The notes: generated by a model not told the origin, from the letters alone. A stretch of 23,356 nucleotides of DNA from Candidatus Sigynarchaeum calidifontis (GCA_030587475.2 JAUQYZ020000055.1:1-23356); one strand, 5' to 3'; shown: positions 1 through 7,590, counted from the first letter of the stretch. Translations and numbers: made by a program.

Positions 1-535
1 ACAGGAACCCGGCGAGCATTGCCCACTGGACGATTTTCTTGAACGAGAACTCGTACTTGAACTCGGTCCCGTCGCAATCCACGATGCACTGTTTGAAGTA
101 CCACCGGTCGTTGCACGCGCCGGGTGGCGCGATCGCGGCCTTGTCGCTCTTCTTCAAGAGCATGTAGCAACCGGCGGCCAGGGTGAACGCGTAGAAGATG
201 AGCTTCATGACGGTCTTCCCGCCATCGAAACCCGTCACGATGAACTCGGTCAAGATGCTGCCTGCGATGGCGAACGGAGTCGAAAACACTATCAAATAGA
301 AGGAAACCTTGTAATCGATGCGCTTTTGGCGAATGTACGCGTGGCTGGTCGAGATGCTGTTGAGGAACACGACGAACAAGGATGTCCCGATGGCAATGTG
401 GACGTCCATGAACAACATGGACTCGAATATCGGCCCGTACAGCGAGCCGCCACCCGTGCCCGACAACGACGCGTAGATGCCGACGAGGAAACCGAGCCCT
501 ACCCCCAGCACGATCACGAGCCACCAGTCCAGCAT
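1..535 (-). CDS. Sulfite exporter TauE/SafE family membrane protein (runs off the window's left edge)
   Basis: Not in the ORF track; translated by hand from ATG at 535: MLDWWLVIVLGVGLGFLVGIYASLSGTGGGSLYGPIFESMLFMDVHIAIGTSLFVVFLNSISTSHAYIRQKRIDYK. The GxGGG..P, AIGTSL and YxRxxxID motifs are typical of TauE. Confidence 0.88.
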   Translation of the reverse strand, partial: MLDWWLVIVLGVGLGFLVGIYASLSGTGGGSLYGPIFESMLFMDVHIAIGTSLFVVFLNSISTSHAYIRQKRIDYKVSFYLIVFSTPFAIAGSILTEFIVTGFDGGKTVMKLIFYAFTLAAGCYMLLKKSDKAAIAPPGACNDRWYFKQCIVDCDGTEFKYEFSFKKIVQWAMLAGFL

Positions 536-607
536 GTGTTGTCGAACCGGCTATCGCTCTTAACTTCATGCCATGGCCGGTGAATATGAGCGATGACCCG
601 CACCACG

Positions 608-1450
608 TCATGGGAACGAATAGCCCGCCTTGACAATGCAGCGCTTGATGAACGGGACGTTGTCAGTCTCGAAGCCGTCAACATCAGCGTTAATGTAATC
701 GATGGCAAGTTGCTCGTCATCAGGAATGCGTGGGCAAAACTTGACGCCGCATTCATGGGCATAACCGATGCGGCTGGCTGGTAAATACTTGTAATGCGTC
801 GTGAAGCCCCATATCTTGTGTTTCTTGCAGCGACGCAGCACCCACTTGCCCGCGAACGAGCCCAGGGGGATAGCTTGTAGAGCGAAGCCATATCCCTTCT
901 TGCCCGCGAAGTGATCGTACAACGGGAGCCCGGCCCTCACGAACGCCTTGCGAAGCGAGATAACGGCGAACGGGTTGAAGCTCGAGAACACGACCGGTGC
1001 TTTCAAGGTTTCGTGGTCGATATCGGCTTGCTTTGCAGCCTCTACTATTCGCGCGTTGAAGTGAAACTCCTTGAGCTCGATCTGCGCTCCGACATGGTGA
1101 TCGTGCAAGAACGCGAGGAACTCGTCGAGCGACAGGATCGAGGCGCCGTGCTCGAACTTAATCGCTTTCAAGAACGACATCGTGTGGTCATTGACCTTCC
1201 CGACAGGCAGCTCGTGAAATTCCGATTCAGGCGGGATGCTGGTCGCGTGTTTCGTGATGTGATCGATGGTCTTGTTATGGACAAGGGCGATGTTGCCATC
1301 CCGCGTGCCTCGGATGTCACATTCGAGCATGTTGGCATCTTCCTTCAAGGCTTCCTCGAACGCTGGTATGCTGTTCTCCAGTAAACCGCCCTTGAACGCG
1401 CCTCGGTGCGAGTCGATCGTGAACTCGTGGTTTTCGAGCGCCCGGTTCAT
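608..1450 (-). CDS. Glycerophosphodiester phosphodiesterase (GDPD) family protein
   Basis: SHRG..LENSIPAFEEA..ECDIRGTRDG..VH, ELK, SSFN and a C-terminal VDGFETD motif. Start moved to ATG 1450 (MNRALENH), just before the domain; the ORF track starts at TTG 1561. Confidence 0.9.
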   Translation of the reverse strand: MNRALENHEFTIDSHRGAFKGGLLENSIPAFEEALKEDANMLECDIRGTRDGNIALVHNKTIDHITKHATSIPPESEFHELPVGKVNDHTMSFLKAIKFEHGASILSLDEFLAFLHDHHVGAQIELKEFHFNARIVEAAKQADIDHETLKAPVVFSSFNPFAVISLRKAFVRAGLPLYDHFAGKKGYGFALQAIPLGSFAGKWVLRRCKKHKIWGFTTHYKYLPASRIGYAHECGVKFCPRIPDDEQLAIDYINADVDGFETDNVPFIKRCIVKAGYSFP

Positions 1451-1636
1451 GCACCTAGATCCGTCCTTTGAAAAGAAATAATTTTCTGGCACGAGGCGAC
1501 GCACGGACACGCCACCAGACAGGCCATGCATATTGTCGATGACGGAACGAGGGGGGAACAAGAAATATAAACAGAGTTAAACATTACCGGCCGCAAGGGC
1601 CGTGAGGCGAAAGGGACCGGATCTTTTACCAATCGA

Positions 1637-1843
1637 TCAACAGAACAGGAACCGCATCGTGTCGGCGGGCAAGAACTCCTCGAACGGGCCGAAGTGCTTG
1701 CAGTCAAGGCAGATGTACATGTACTCGAGATCCTTCACGACGTTGGTTTGCTTGGGCTTCTTGCGGGAACCGCACGCGCAGCACTCGTAGTATCCGACGT
1801 CCTTTTTTTTCGAGCTCGTTTTTACATCATCCTCCTTTTTCAA
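1637..1843 (-). CDS. Small zinc-ribbon protein (68 aa)
   Basis: CCAC...CLDC pair of CxxC motifs and a Lys-rich N-terminus. The TTG start is uncertain. Confidence 0.7.
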   Translation of the reverse strand: MKKEDDVKTSSKKKDVGYYECCACGSRKKPKQTNVVKDLEYMYICLDCKHFGPFEEFLPADTMRFLFC

Positions 1844-1866
1844 GCGGTTTGGCTTTGGATATAAAA

Positions 1867-1991
1867 TGGATGCAAGAATCCCCGGCCTACCTCCCAGTTT
1901 TCCGATGAAAAAAATCTGGTTGGTGGACGGCTGGTATCGACGTGTGGGGTCCCGCCGGAATGTTGTGTCGATACCACGGATTTTACATCCA
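1867..1991 (-). ncRNA. Candidate ~125-nt three-way-junction structured RNA (sRNA, or leader of the Zn-ribbon gene)
   Basis: Terminal helix 1978-1991/1867-1881 has 14 bp with one bulge and a G-U pair that forms only on the - strand. Perfect 10-bp stem 1967-1976/1932-1941. Second arm 1885-1931. Starts about 24 nt downstream of a BRE-TATA. Confidence 0.55.
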
Positions 1992-2013
1992 ATCTATTCT
2001 TGCGCGCTTCGCG

Positions 2014-2028
2014 TATTTAAGTCTTTTC
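2014..2028 (-). promoter_or_regulatory. Archaeal BRE-TATA promoter
   Basis: Minus strand reads GAAAAGAC-TTAAATA; predicted TSS near 1990, matching the 5' end of the structured element. Confidence 0.6.
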
Positions 2029-2092
2029 AAAACGGCGCAAGATCTTGTGCCTTTCTAGCTAAATTTCGACAATTTCGAAGAGAAAATCAAGT

Positions 2093-2288
2093 CCGGACGA
2101 GATCCTTTTGACAGGGTAGTTTAGACGAATTTGTCAATACAGAAACGGCAATCATCACGACAACGCAACCAAAGCCAGGAGGAACCATCGGAGATGGTTC
2201 CATCAGTGACACTGATCAGTTCTCGCGTGAAAAACTGCGAGAGGTTTATCGATGATCTAAAAGATCCAAGGAGCAAACGTCCCTCCGG
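2093..2288. other. Cluster of back-to-back hairpins, possible second structured RNA
   Basis: TTGACA/TGTCAA (2108-2137), GGAACCATC/GATGGTTCC (2181-2201), ATCAGT/ACTGAT (2202-2216), TCTCGC/GCGAGA (from 2221), GATCT/AGATC. Possible closing helices GGACG/CGTCC and TCCTT/AAGGA. Confidence 0.35.
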
Positions 2289-2340
2289 GGTGACTAATGG
2301 AAGAATAAAGAGTTTCGCACGAGTTTTCATTGCGATTGCG

Positions 2341-2360
2341 GATATTAATAATGCTTTTCC
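2341..2360 (-). promoter_or_regulatory. Putative BRE-TATA promoter facing the hairpin cluster
   Basis: Minus strand reads GGAAAAGCA-TTATTAATAT. Confidence 0.4.
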
Positions 2361-2452
2361 CTTCTGCGCGAGGCATAGCAAAGATTTCTTCCGATGATCT
2401 AAGCTCTTAAACCATCAAAAAAGCCATTTCGCTTAGAATGCCTATTTCATCC

Positions 2453-3259
2453 TCACGTGGGAAACTGTGGGAAGTCCATCAAATATCCGACGAATGCGAG
2501 GAACGCTTTTCCTTTTGGCGTGAGGGACAGTAACGATCCCCTCCGCCCAGCCTTTTCCTCCTTCACGATGCCAAGCGCGGTGAGCGGGATGATTCTTTGC
2601 TTGAGTTCCCTGTAATATCCAAATTGTGGATAGTTCTTGATGATGTCAGTATAGGATTGGGCATCGGCATCTAATAAATAAAGCGGGATGAGAAATAACT
2701 TGTAATCAAGCTTCCAGTTGATCTCCTGGAGCAATTCCTGGATTTTCGGGGCGTATTCGAGCAGCGCGGGGAGTTGGGACTTGATGATCTTGAAGCTCTG
2801 GTATGACTGCTCCGGCGTGCCGAAGCCAGGCAATTGCGGGAACTTGGTCGCCAAGAACCGGAACAGCGTGAATTCATTGGTCTCGAACGCGAGCATGTAG
2901 AAGAAGAATGCAGAAACGAGCCTGCCCTTGTTCGTGGCGTGCAAGAACTTCGCGTTTTTCGGCCCGGTCTCCTCCGTGATGAGCCGGAACTGCGTCAAGA
3001 TGGGCACGTGGGGACTGATATCCTTGTAGTGCCGGAAAAATGGCCACCGCTTGATCAAGTCGGCGATGCTCTGTGGCTTCTCGGTAAGCACGAAGAGCAA
3101 GATGAAGGTCTTCCAGTCGATCTTCCACTCCACCTTCTGGAAATACTTGAACATGTAATAACTGTTCACGAGGAAGAGATCCTCGATGCGTTCTCCGAGG
3201 AGCAAGAACTTCAAGAATTTTTCCTCTTCGGGGATCTCCGATTTATCGATTTCGACCAT
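2453..3259 (-). CDS. Protein with two tandem winged helix-turn-helix repeats, putative DNA-binding regulator
   Basis: Internal duplication: WKIDWKTF..QSIADLIKRWP..LITEE..ATNKGR..FFFYM versus WKLDYKLF..QSYTDIIKNYP..GIVKEE..LTPKGK..FVGYL. Both end in the LTxKG wing terminus typical of MarR/HxlR/ArsR-like folds. Confidence 0.7.
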   Translation of the reverse strand: MVEIDKSEIPEEEKFLKFLLLGERIEDLFLVNSYYMFKYFQKVEWKIDWKTFILLFVLTEKPQSIADLIKRWPFFRHYKDISPHVPILTQFRLITEETGPKNAKFLHATNKGRLVSAFFFYMLAFETNEFTLFRFLATKFPQLPGFGTPEQSYQSFKIIKSQLPALLEYAPKIQELLQEINWKLDYKLFLIPLYLLDADAQSYTDIIKNYPQFGYYRELKQRIIPLTALGIVKEEKAGRRGSLLSLTPKGKAFLAFVGYLMDFPQFPT

Positions 3260-3269
3260 CGTGAACCGA

Positions 3270-3390
3270 CCGTTATGATGTAATTTTCACACCAGGGGTG
3301 AACGGGCACGCATCCTTAACTTCCGAACGGGACCCAAATCCGGCTCGCTACGCGTCAATATATGTCCTGGACTTGCTAATAAACCATTCC
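3270..3390 (-). promoter_or_regulatory. TATA promoter and structured ~95-nt 5' leader of the tandem wHTH gene
   Basis: Minus-strand GGAATGG-TTTATTA at 3390-3377, followed by two nested stem-loops (3355-3308 and 3305-3270) whose G-U pairs form on the - strand. Confidence 0.4.
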
Positions 3391-3441
3391 GTCAAAGAAG
3401 AAAGAATGAAATTAAAATAACGAATACCCTATACGAGGATA

Positions 3442-4833
3442 TTATACAAGGATGCCCCATTCCTTCCGATCGAAGGCCCATTTCAAGTATTCCTTGCCCG
3501 GCCGTGCCGCATAGGCAACGAGATAATCGACCCTTTCTTTTTCAGTTTGCAAAGATTGGTATTCCTTGGTTTCGACGATCCCCGCCACCTCCTCGAAAGC
3601 CTTTGCACCGGCGCGGGTTCCATCGGGGTGGCCATGGATACCGCCGCCAGCGTTGCACCCGATCTTGTAAGAGTTTCCGATCGCCCCGTTGAACCGCCGG
3701 ATACGAGGCAGCGCGCCCGGGAACAGCCCGCCAGACGCCATGGGAAGTACCGGCTTCAAGTGCTCCCACCGTTTCGTGAGCCAGCGGTTCAAGTACATGG
3801 TCGAATCGAGCCACTCTATCGGCATCTCCTCAGGCTCCTCGTCCTTGGCGAGTGATTCTTGAAATTCCTCGCGCTCGCCCATCTTGCCAGAACCGTAGGT
3901 ACCCGTGTGCAAGTAATCAGCGCCGGCCATTCGGAACATCTTTGCCCAGACCAGGAACGTCATGCCGAACTCCTTGCCCCTCGTCATGGCACCGTGCATC
4001 GCCCGGTGGATGTAGATCGGGTGCTTGAGGTCGGCCTGGTCGCGCACGTCGTGCACCGCGTTGAGCCCGGCGATGACGCCGTCGATCATGAACGAGAAAC
4101 CGGGAGTGCCCAGGTCTTCTGCGAGTTCTTGTACCTCCCGCGCCCGGCCTACGATGTTCCGGGTCGTGATGTTGTGCGCGTACATCTTCGGGTTGCCCGT
4201 TTTCTCCGCGATTTTCTGCTGGCGGGTCATCACCTCGGTGAACCTTTCCTTCCACGGGCAAAAGGTCTGGTTGCACAAGTTCTCGTCGTCCTTCACGAGG
4301 TCGGCCTCCCAGAATACTTGCTCGGCGACCTTGGCCCAGTCGACGGGGTTCAGCCCCATCTTTGGCTTCACGATGGACCCGGCGATCATGCGCTTCATGT
4401 TGCCGAACAGCTTGTAAACGCCATCAACGCCGAACCGGGGCCCGGGGAACTGTCGCACGATCGCAGGAGGAAAATATACGTCCAGGAACAAAGCTTTTTT
4501 CAAGACATGCAAGCCAAAATAGTTGCCGCCGATGTTTGCCCAAACGTTGTTGAATCCACCCGAGATATCCCAATTGTGAGCTGGTATCCCTATGTAGCCG
4601 ATGTTGCCTTTCTCGTGGATGATCCACGCGTCTGCCTGGTTCGATTCCTCGGTTTTTGTCGTGATATCGACCCACGTGCCCGAGGATGTTTCTTTTGCAA
4701 GTTCAATCAACGCCTGGTGTATGTCATCCTTCGTGTCATTCTTGTAACTGACTTGGACGGCGATGATGATCGCGTCCTTGTTCTCCTTGAACTTTTCCAA
4801 CCGTTCGATCGGGGTATAGAGGGTCCTGTCCAT
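3442..4833 (-). CDS. rbcL: RuBisCO large subunit, divergent archaeal form III-like
   Basis: Active-site motifs present (spinach numbering): ETSSGTW (E60, T65), GNYFG (N123), KPKMGL (K175, K177), KDDE (K201, D203, E204), HRAMH (H294, R295, H298), HTGT..GK (H327, K334), ASGG (S379), GGGIHGHP (G403, G404). Confidence 0.93.
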   Translation of the reverse strand: MDRTLYTPIERLEKFKENKDAIIIAVQVSYKNDTKDDIHQALIELAKETSSGTWVDITTKTEESNQADAWIIHEKGNIGYIGIPAHNWDISGGFNNVWANIGGNYFGLHVLKKALFLDVYFPPAIVRQFPGPRFGVDGVYKLFGNMKRMIAGSIVKPKMGLNPVDWAKVAEQVFWEADLVKDDENLCNQTFCPWKERFTEVMTRQQKIAEKTGNPKMYAHNITTRNIVGRAREVQELAEDLGTPGFSFMIDGVIAGLNAVHDVRDQADLKHPIYIHRAMHGAMTRGKEFGMTFLVWAKMFRMAGADYLHTGTYGSGKMGEREEFQESLAKDEEPEEMPIEWLDSTMYLNRWLTKRWEHLKPVLPMASGGLFPGALPRIRRFNGAIGNSYKIGCNAGGGIHGHPDGTRAGAKAFEEVAGIVETKEYQSLQTEKERVDYLVAYAARPGKEYLKWAFDRKEWGILV

Positions 4834-4952
4834 GTTTGTTCACACCGGTCGTTCTCGAACTCATTAGGATGCGTGAGGTTTTATTATTATGATCGAGCTC
4901 GAAATAACTATTTAGAGTGATCAAACCCGCGCACCACGTCACGCGCGGGAGC

Positions 4953-5081
4953 ATGGTAAAAATGGTAGAAGAAATCCTCATCATCCTATTCTTCATCGTC
5001 ATTCTCATCATATTCGTTGGTTTGTTGTCAAATAGCCAAACGCGGAAAATAATCACGGATTTATTATTCGGGAGGATGTAG
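4953..5081 (+). CDS. Small single-pass membrane protein (42 aa), below the ORF-track cutoff
   Basis: MVKMVEEILIILFFIVILIIFVGLLSNSQTRKIITDLLFGRM*. One clean hydrophobic helix; its TAG directly abuts the next ATG (TAGATG). Confidence 0.65.
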   Translation: MVKMVEEILIILFFIVILIIFVGLLSNSQTRKIITDLLFGRM

Positions 5082-6335
5082 ATGGCCGACACTATCCAAG
5101 AACACATCAACCAAATTCATGACTTGGGCCTCGAAAAGAGCCATATCATTAATGACAAGAACTATCGCCGGTACCTCCCCCGGAAGCACAAGTTCTTGCG
5201 CTCGGTCTACCAATTATGGATATTTCTTTTTATCGTGTCGTTGCTGCTCCTTTTCGCGTATTTTTTCCTTGCTGAAAATTGGTTAAAGCAACTCGCCTAC
5301 AATGGCATGATTGCCATCTTGATCTACTCGCTTTTCGTCTTGGTGCTGTCCCTCGGCCTGTACGCGGCGGCATACACCGTGCCCATCGCGGTCACGAACG
5401 AGGTGAAGGCCAAGATGGTCATGCGGATCAACAAGCGGCTCGAAGTGGTCAAGGAATCCTTGCAGCATGCCTTCATCGATGCGATCATCACGAAGGGGTT
5501 GCACAAGGGGAAATTTGTGCTCAAGGATATCCATGCAAGCGTCCTGGATTTCATCCAGAAGGGTTATCCCAACGTGCAATACATAAAGGAGATCGTGACA
5601 GACGAGATCATCAAGAATGTCGAGAAGCATATCGCGAATTATGTCTCGGAGATGAGCAATACCCTCCTGGCCAAGCTTAAGGGACCATCCGCCGTGAAAG
5701 TGCAGAAAATCGCGGATAGCACGAGCATGTCACCGGAATTCATCGTGCTCATGATCAAGTGGATGCTCGATAAAGGTGCGGTCGACGGCACCCTGACCGA
5801 GTTCGACACGGAATACTTGCCCGCAGGTGCCTCGCCGGCCTTGGCCGTGCAATCGGAACAAGCGATGCAACCCGCGACGGCCATGCAGCAGACCCCAGCG
5901 GGGGTTGCCATCGACGCGCCGATCATCCTCGACCAGCAAGGCAAGCCGACGACCATCCTCGTTCAGACGCCGGGATCCTCGAATCTTCCAAGTATTGACG
6001 CTGTGAAAATCCGGCTGGACGAGAAGAAGGCAGAGATCGAAGCCTCAAAGGCCGCGTTCGAGCGCGGGGACATTGGTATCGACGCGTACATTAGCAAATC
6101 TGGAATTCTCGAGAACCAGCTCGCGTTCCTCAAGCACAGGTTGACATTGCTAGAGAAAGTGCAGGACCCGAAGAATTGCTGCCTGGTCTGCTTCCAGAGC
6201 ATTGCCGGCAATGGTGCCCTCGTGAAATGCCCCAACGACCATGTCTTTCACCTCGACCACGCTCAAGACTGGCTCGCCAAGTACGAACTATGCCCCTGGT
6301 GCGAGCAAAAGATAACGGCGTTCCCGAGCGCGTGA
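5082..6335 (+). CDS. Membrane-anchored RING-finger protein (2 TM, PCI-like wHTH, coiled coil, RING variant), putative E3 ligase
   Basis: Two N-terminal TM helices; VKVQKIADSTSMSPEFIVLMIKWMLDKGAVDGTL (PCI-like); C-terminal CLVC-x12-CPNDHVFHLDHAQDW..CPWC. GGAGG at 5071-5075 precedes the ATG. Confidence 0.8.
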   Translation: MADTIQEHINQIHDLGLEKSHIINDKNYRRYLPRKHKFLRSVYQLWIFLFIVSLLLLFAYFFLAENWLKQLAYNGMIAILIYSLFVLVLSLGLYAAAYTVPIAVTNEVKAKMVMRINKRLEVVKESLQHAFIDAIITKGLHKGKFVLKDIHASVLDFIQKGYPNVQYIKEIVTDEIIKNVEKHIANYVSEMSNTLLAKLKGPSAVKVQKIADSTSMSPEFIVLMIKWMLDKGAVDGTLTEFDTEYLPAGASPALAVQSEQAMQPATAMQQTPAGVAIDAPIILDQQGKPTTILVQTPGSSNLPSIDAVKIRLDEKKAEIEASKAAFERGDIGIDAYISKSGILENQLAFLKHRLTLLEKVQDPKNCCLVCFQSIAGNGALVKCPNDHVFHLDHAQDWLAKYELCPWCEQKITAFPSA

Positions 6336-6416
6336 ACAGGTACTGAAATTGCTTGTGTAGTATTTCCCAACACATACTCTTTTTTAGTTCCTTTCGGACG
6401 ATAGTATTAATATAAA

Positions 6417-7538
6417 ATGGTGATCATTATTCCAGGGTTCGGACATCTCATTTTCGGGCTCGCGGTCGTCGCCGGGCTCCTCTACATCACCAGGAACAAG
6501 ATGAACCACAAGGTACTCTTCATCTTTTTCGTGAACAATTATCTCGGCCCTGACGTCGCGCATATCTTCTGGAATGAGGGCCACACGCTTGGTGGATTCA
6601 TATTTTTTGCCATTCCCCTTTCGCTCTTCTACAGCTACTTGTCCCGGTTTTCACTCCACAAGACAACGCATTTCGTGGACTTCGTCGACGATGGGAAGCG
6701 CGAGATCAACTGGAAAAACGCGTTTTACGCAACGGTCGCAGGTGGGATCATGCACAGGTTCATCGACTTCTTGTTTCACGGCGGCCATTACATCGGCCTT
6801 ATACCCTATTCGAATTGGGACCTGTCGTTAAACGACTTGAACTCTTGGCACACGGAAGCAACGAGCAGTTTGACTCCATGGATCATGCTCAACGTGGCAT
6901 TCATCGTTATTATTATCACCGGTTCGATTGCCACGATCCGAAACGGCTTCAAGCATACCATCACCTTCCTCGGCGTCATCGCCGGCTTGTACCTGGCCGC
7001 CGCGGCTGCGACTCACCTCGAAGTCTTGAGCGGAGAAAACGAGCTTTCCGTGTTCGTCGTCGCCGGCCTGTTCTTCCTCGCCCCGCTGCTGCTCATCGGC
7101 CACGCGGATCGTGAAACCCAAGCGCATCCAATAATAGCACCAGCTCGACCTAGGCTGTCACGGAAGGTCATCGTGCCTCTACTCATCCTCATGTTCACGA
7201 CGGTCATTGGATTCTTTTTCTTCGTCGCGTTCTCAGCAGTCTTCCTCACATCTTGGACTCGAGCCGTCCTCGTGGACATTATCGGTGATGATTACTTCAG
7301 CGGGGCCGGCGTCTTGGAAGGGATCGGTGCGGCACTCCTCGTTGTGACTGCCATCGGCCTCGCTGGCTGCATCGGGGCGTTCTTCCATGCCAAGTGGGGG
7401 CGGGCGATCATAATGGTCGTTAGCACGCTGACATGGTATTTCGTGATCCCGTTCGGCGTGGCGCTCGTCCTGTCCGAGAAGGACGTGAAGGCTTGGTTCG
7501 AGATGAAAGGGAAAGAAAAGTCTCCAAAGCCCGAGTAA
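6417..7538 (+). CDS. Integral membrane metal-dependent hydrolase (YdjM/DUF457-like N-terminus) with additional TM helices
   Basis: GH..GPD..GHTL..HRFID pattern of His/Asp ligands within hydrophobic helices; multiple further TM segments follow. Confidence 0.65.
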   Translation: MVIIIPGFGHLIFGLAVVAGLLYITRNKMNHKVLFIFFVNNYLGPDVAHIFWNEGHTLGGFIFFAIPLSLFYSYLSRFSLHKTTHFVDFVDDGKREINWKNAFYATVAGGIMHRFIDFLFHGGHYIGLIPYSNWDLSLNDLNSWHTEATSSLTPWIMLNVAFIVIIITGSIATIRNGFKHTITFLGVIAGLYLAAAAATHLEVLSGENELSVFVVAGLFFLAPLLLIGHADRETQAHPIIAPARPRLSRKVIVPLLILMFTTVIGFFFFVAFSAVFLTSWTRAVLVDIIGDDYFSGAGVLEGIGAALLVVTAIGLAGCIGAFFHAKWGRAIIMVVSTLTWYFVIPFGVALVLSEKDVKAWFEMKGKEKSPKPE

Positions 7539-7560
7539 TTGCGCGCCTTTCCTTGATATC

Positions 7561-7571
7561 TTCTTTTTTTT
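7561..7571 (+). terminator. Oligo-T tract, probable archaeal terminator between convergent genes
   Basis: TTCTTTTTTTT about 25 nt after the stop at 7538. Confidence 0.4.
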
Positions 7572-7590
7572 ATAGTGGTATTCCAATTAT

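Noticed and set aside
1822-1837. AAGGAGG-ATG-ATG-TAA start-stop element on the - strand
   Set aside because: Fully explained by the KKEDDVK codons of the Zn-ribbon gene, and SD spacing is too short.
1867-1991. 5S rRNA call for the Y-shaped element
   Set aside because: Size and shape are similar and CATTCCG is present, but there is no CCGAAC loop C or GAAGTTAAG, and helix lengths differ.
2100-2160. C/D box sRNA (GTGATGA on the - strand)
   Set aside because: No CTGA D box at a suitable distance downstream.
1866-2397. Short ORFs 1866-2111, 2121-2381 and 2131-2397
   Set aside because: No recognisable motifs, they overlap promoter and hairpin elements, and two are mutually antisense. Not fully excluded.
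3295-3355. Resemblance to the c-di-AMP (ydaO) riboswitch (GGGGTGAA...CCCAAATCCG), and a 5S-like CGGAAGTTAAG on the - strand
   Set aside because: The riboswitch-like bits are on the wrong strand for the adjacent gene and lack the GCGGGGGACCC segment; the 5S-like 11-mer has no surrounding 5S context.
3859-4920. 353-aa + strand ORF, and similar antisense ORFs at 12252-13085, 17828-18496 and 8829-9383
   Set aside because: They lie opposite well-supported genes and show no motifs; expected shadows of GC3-rich codon usage.
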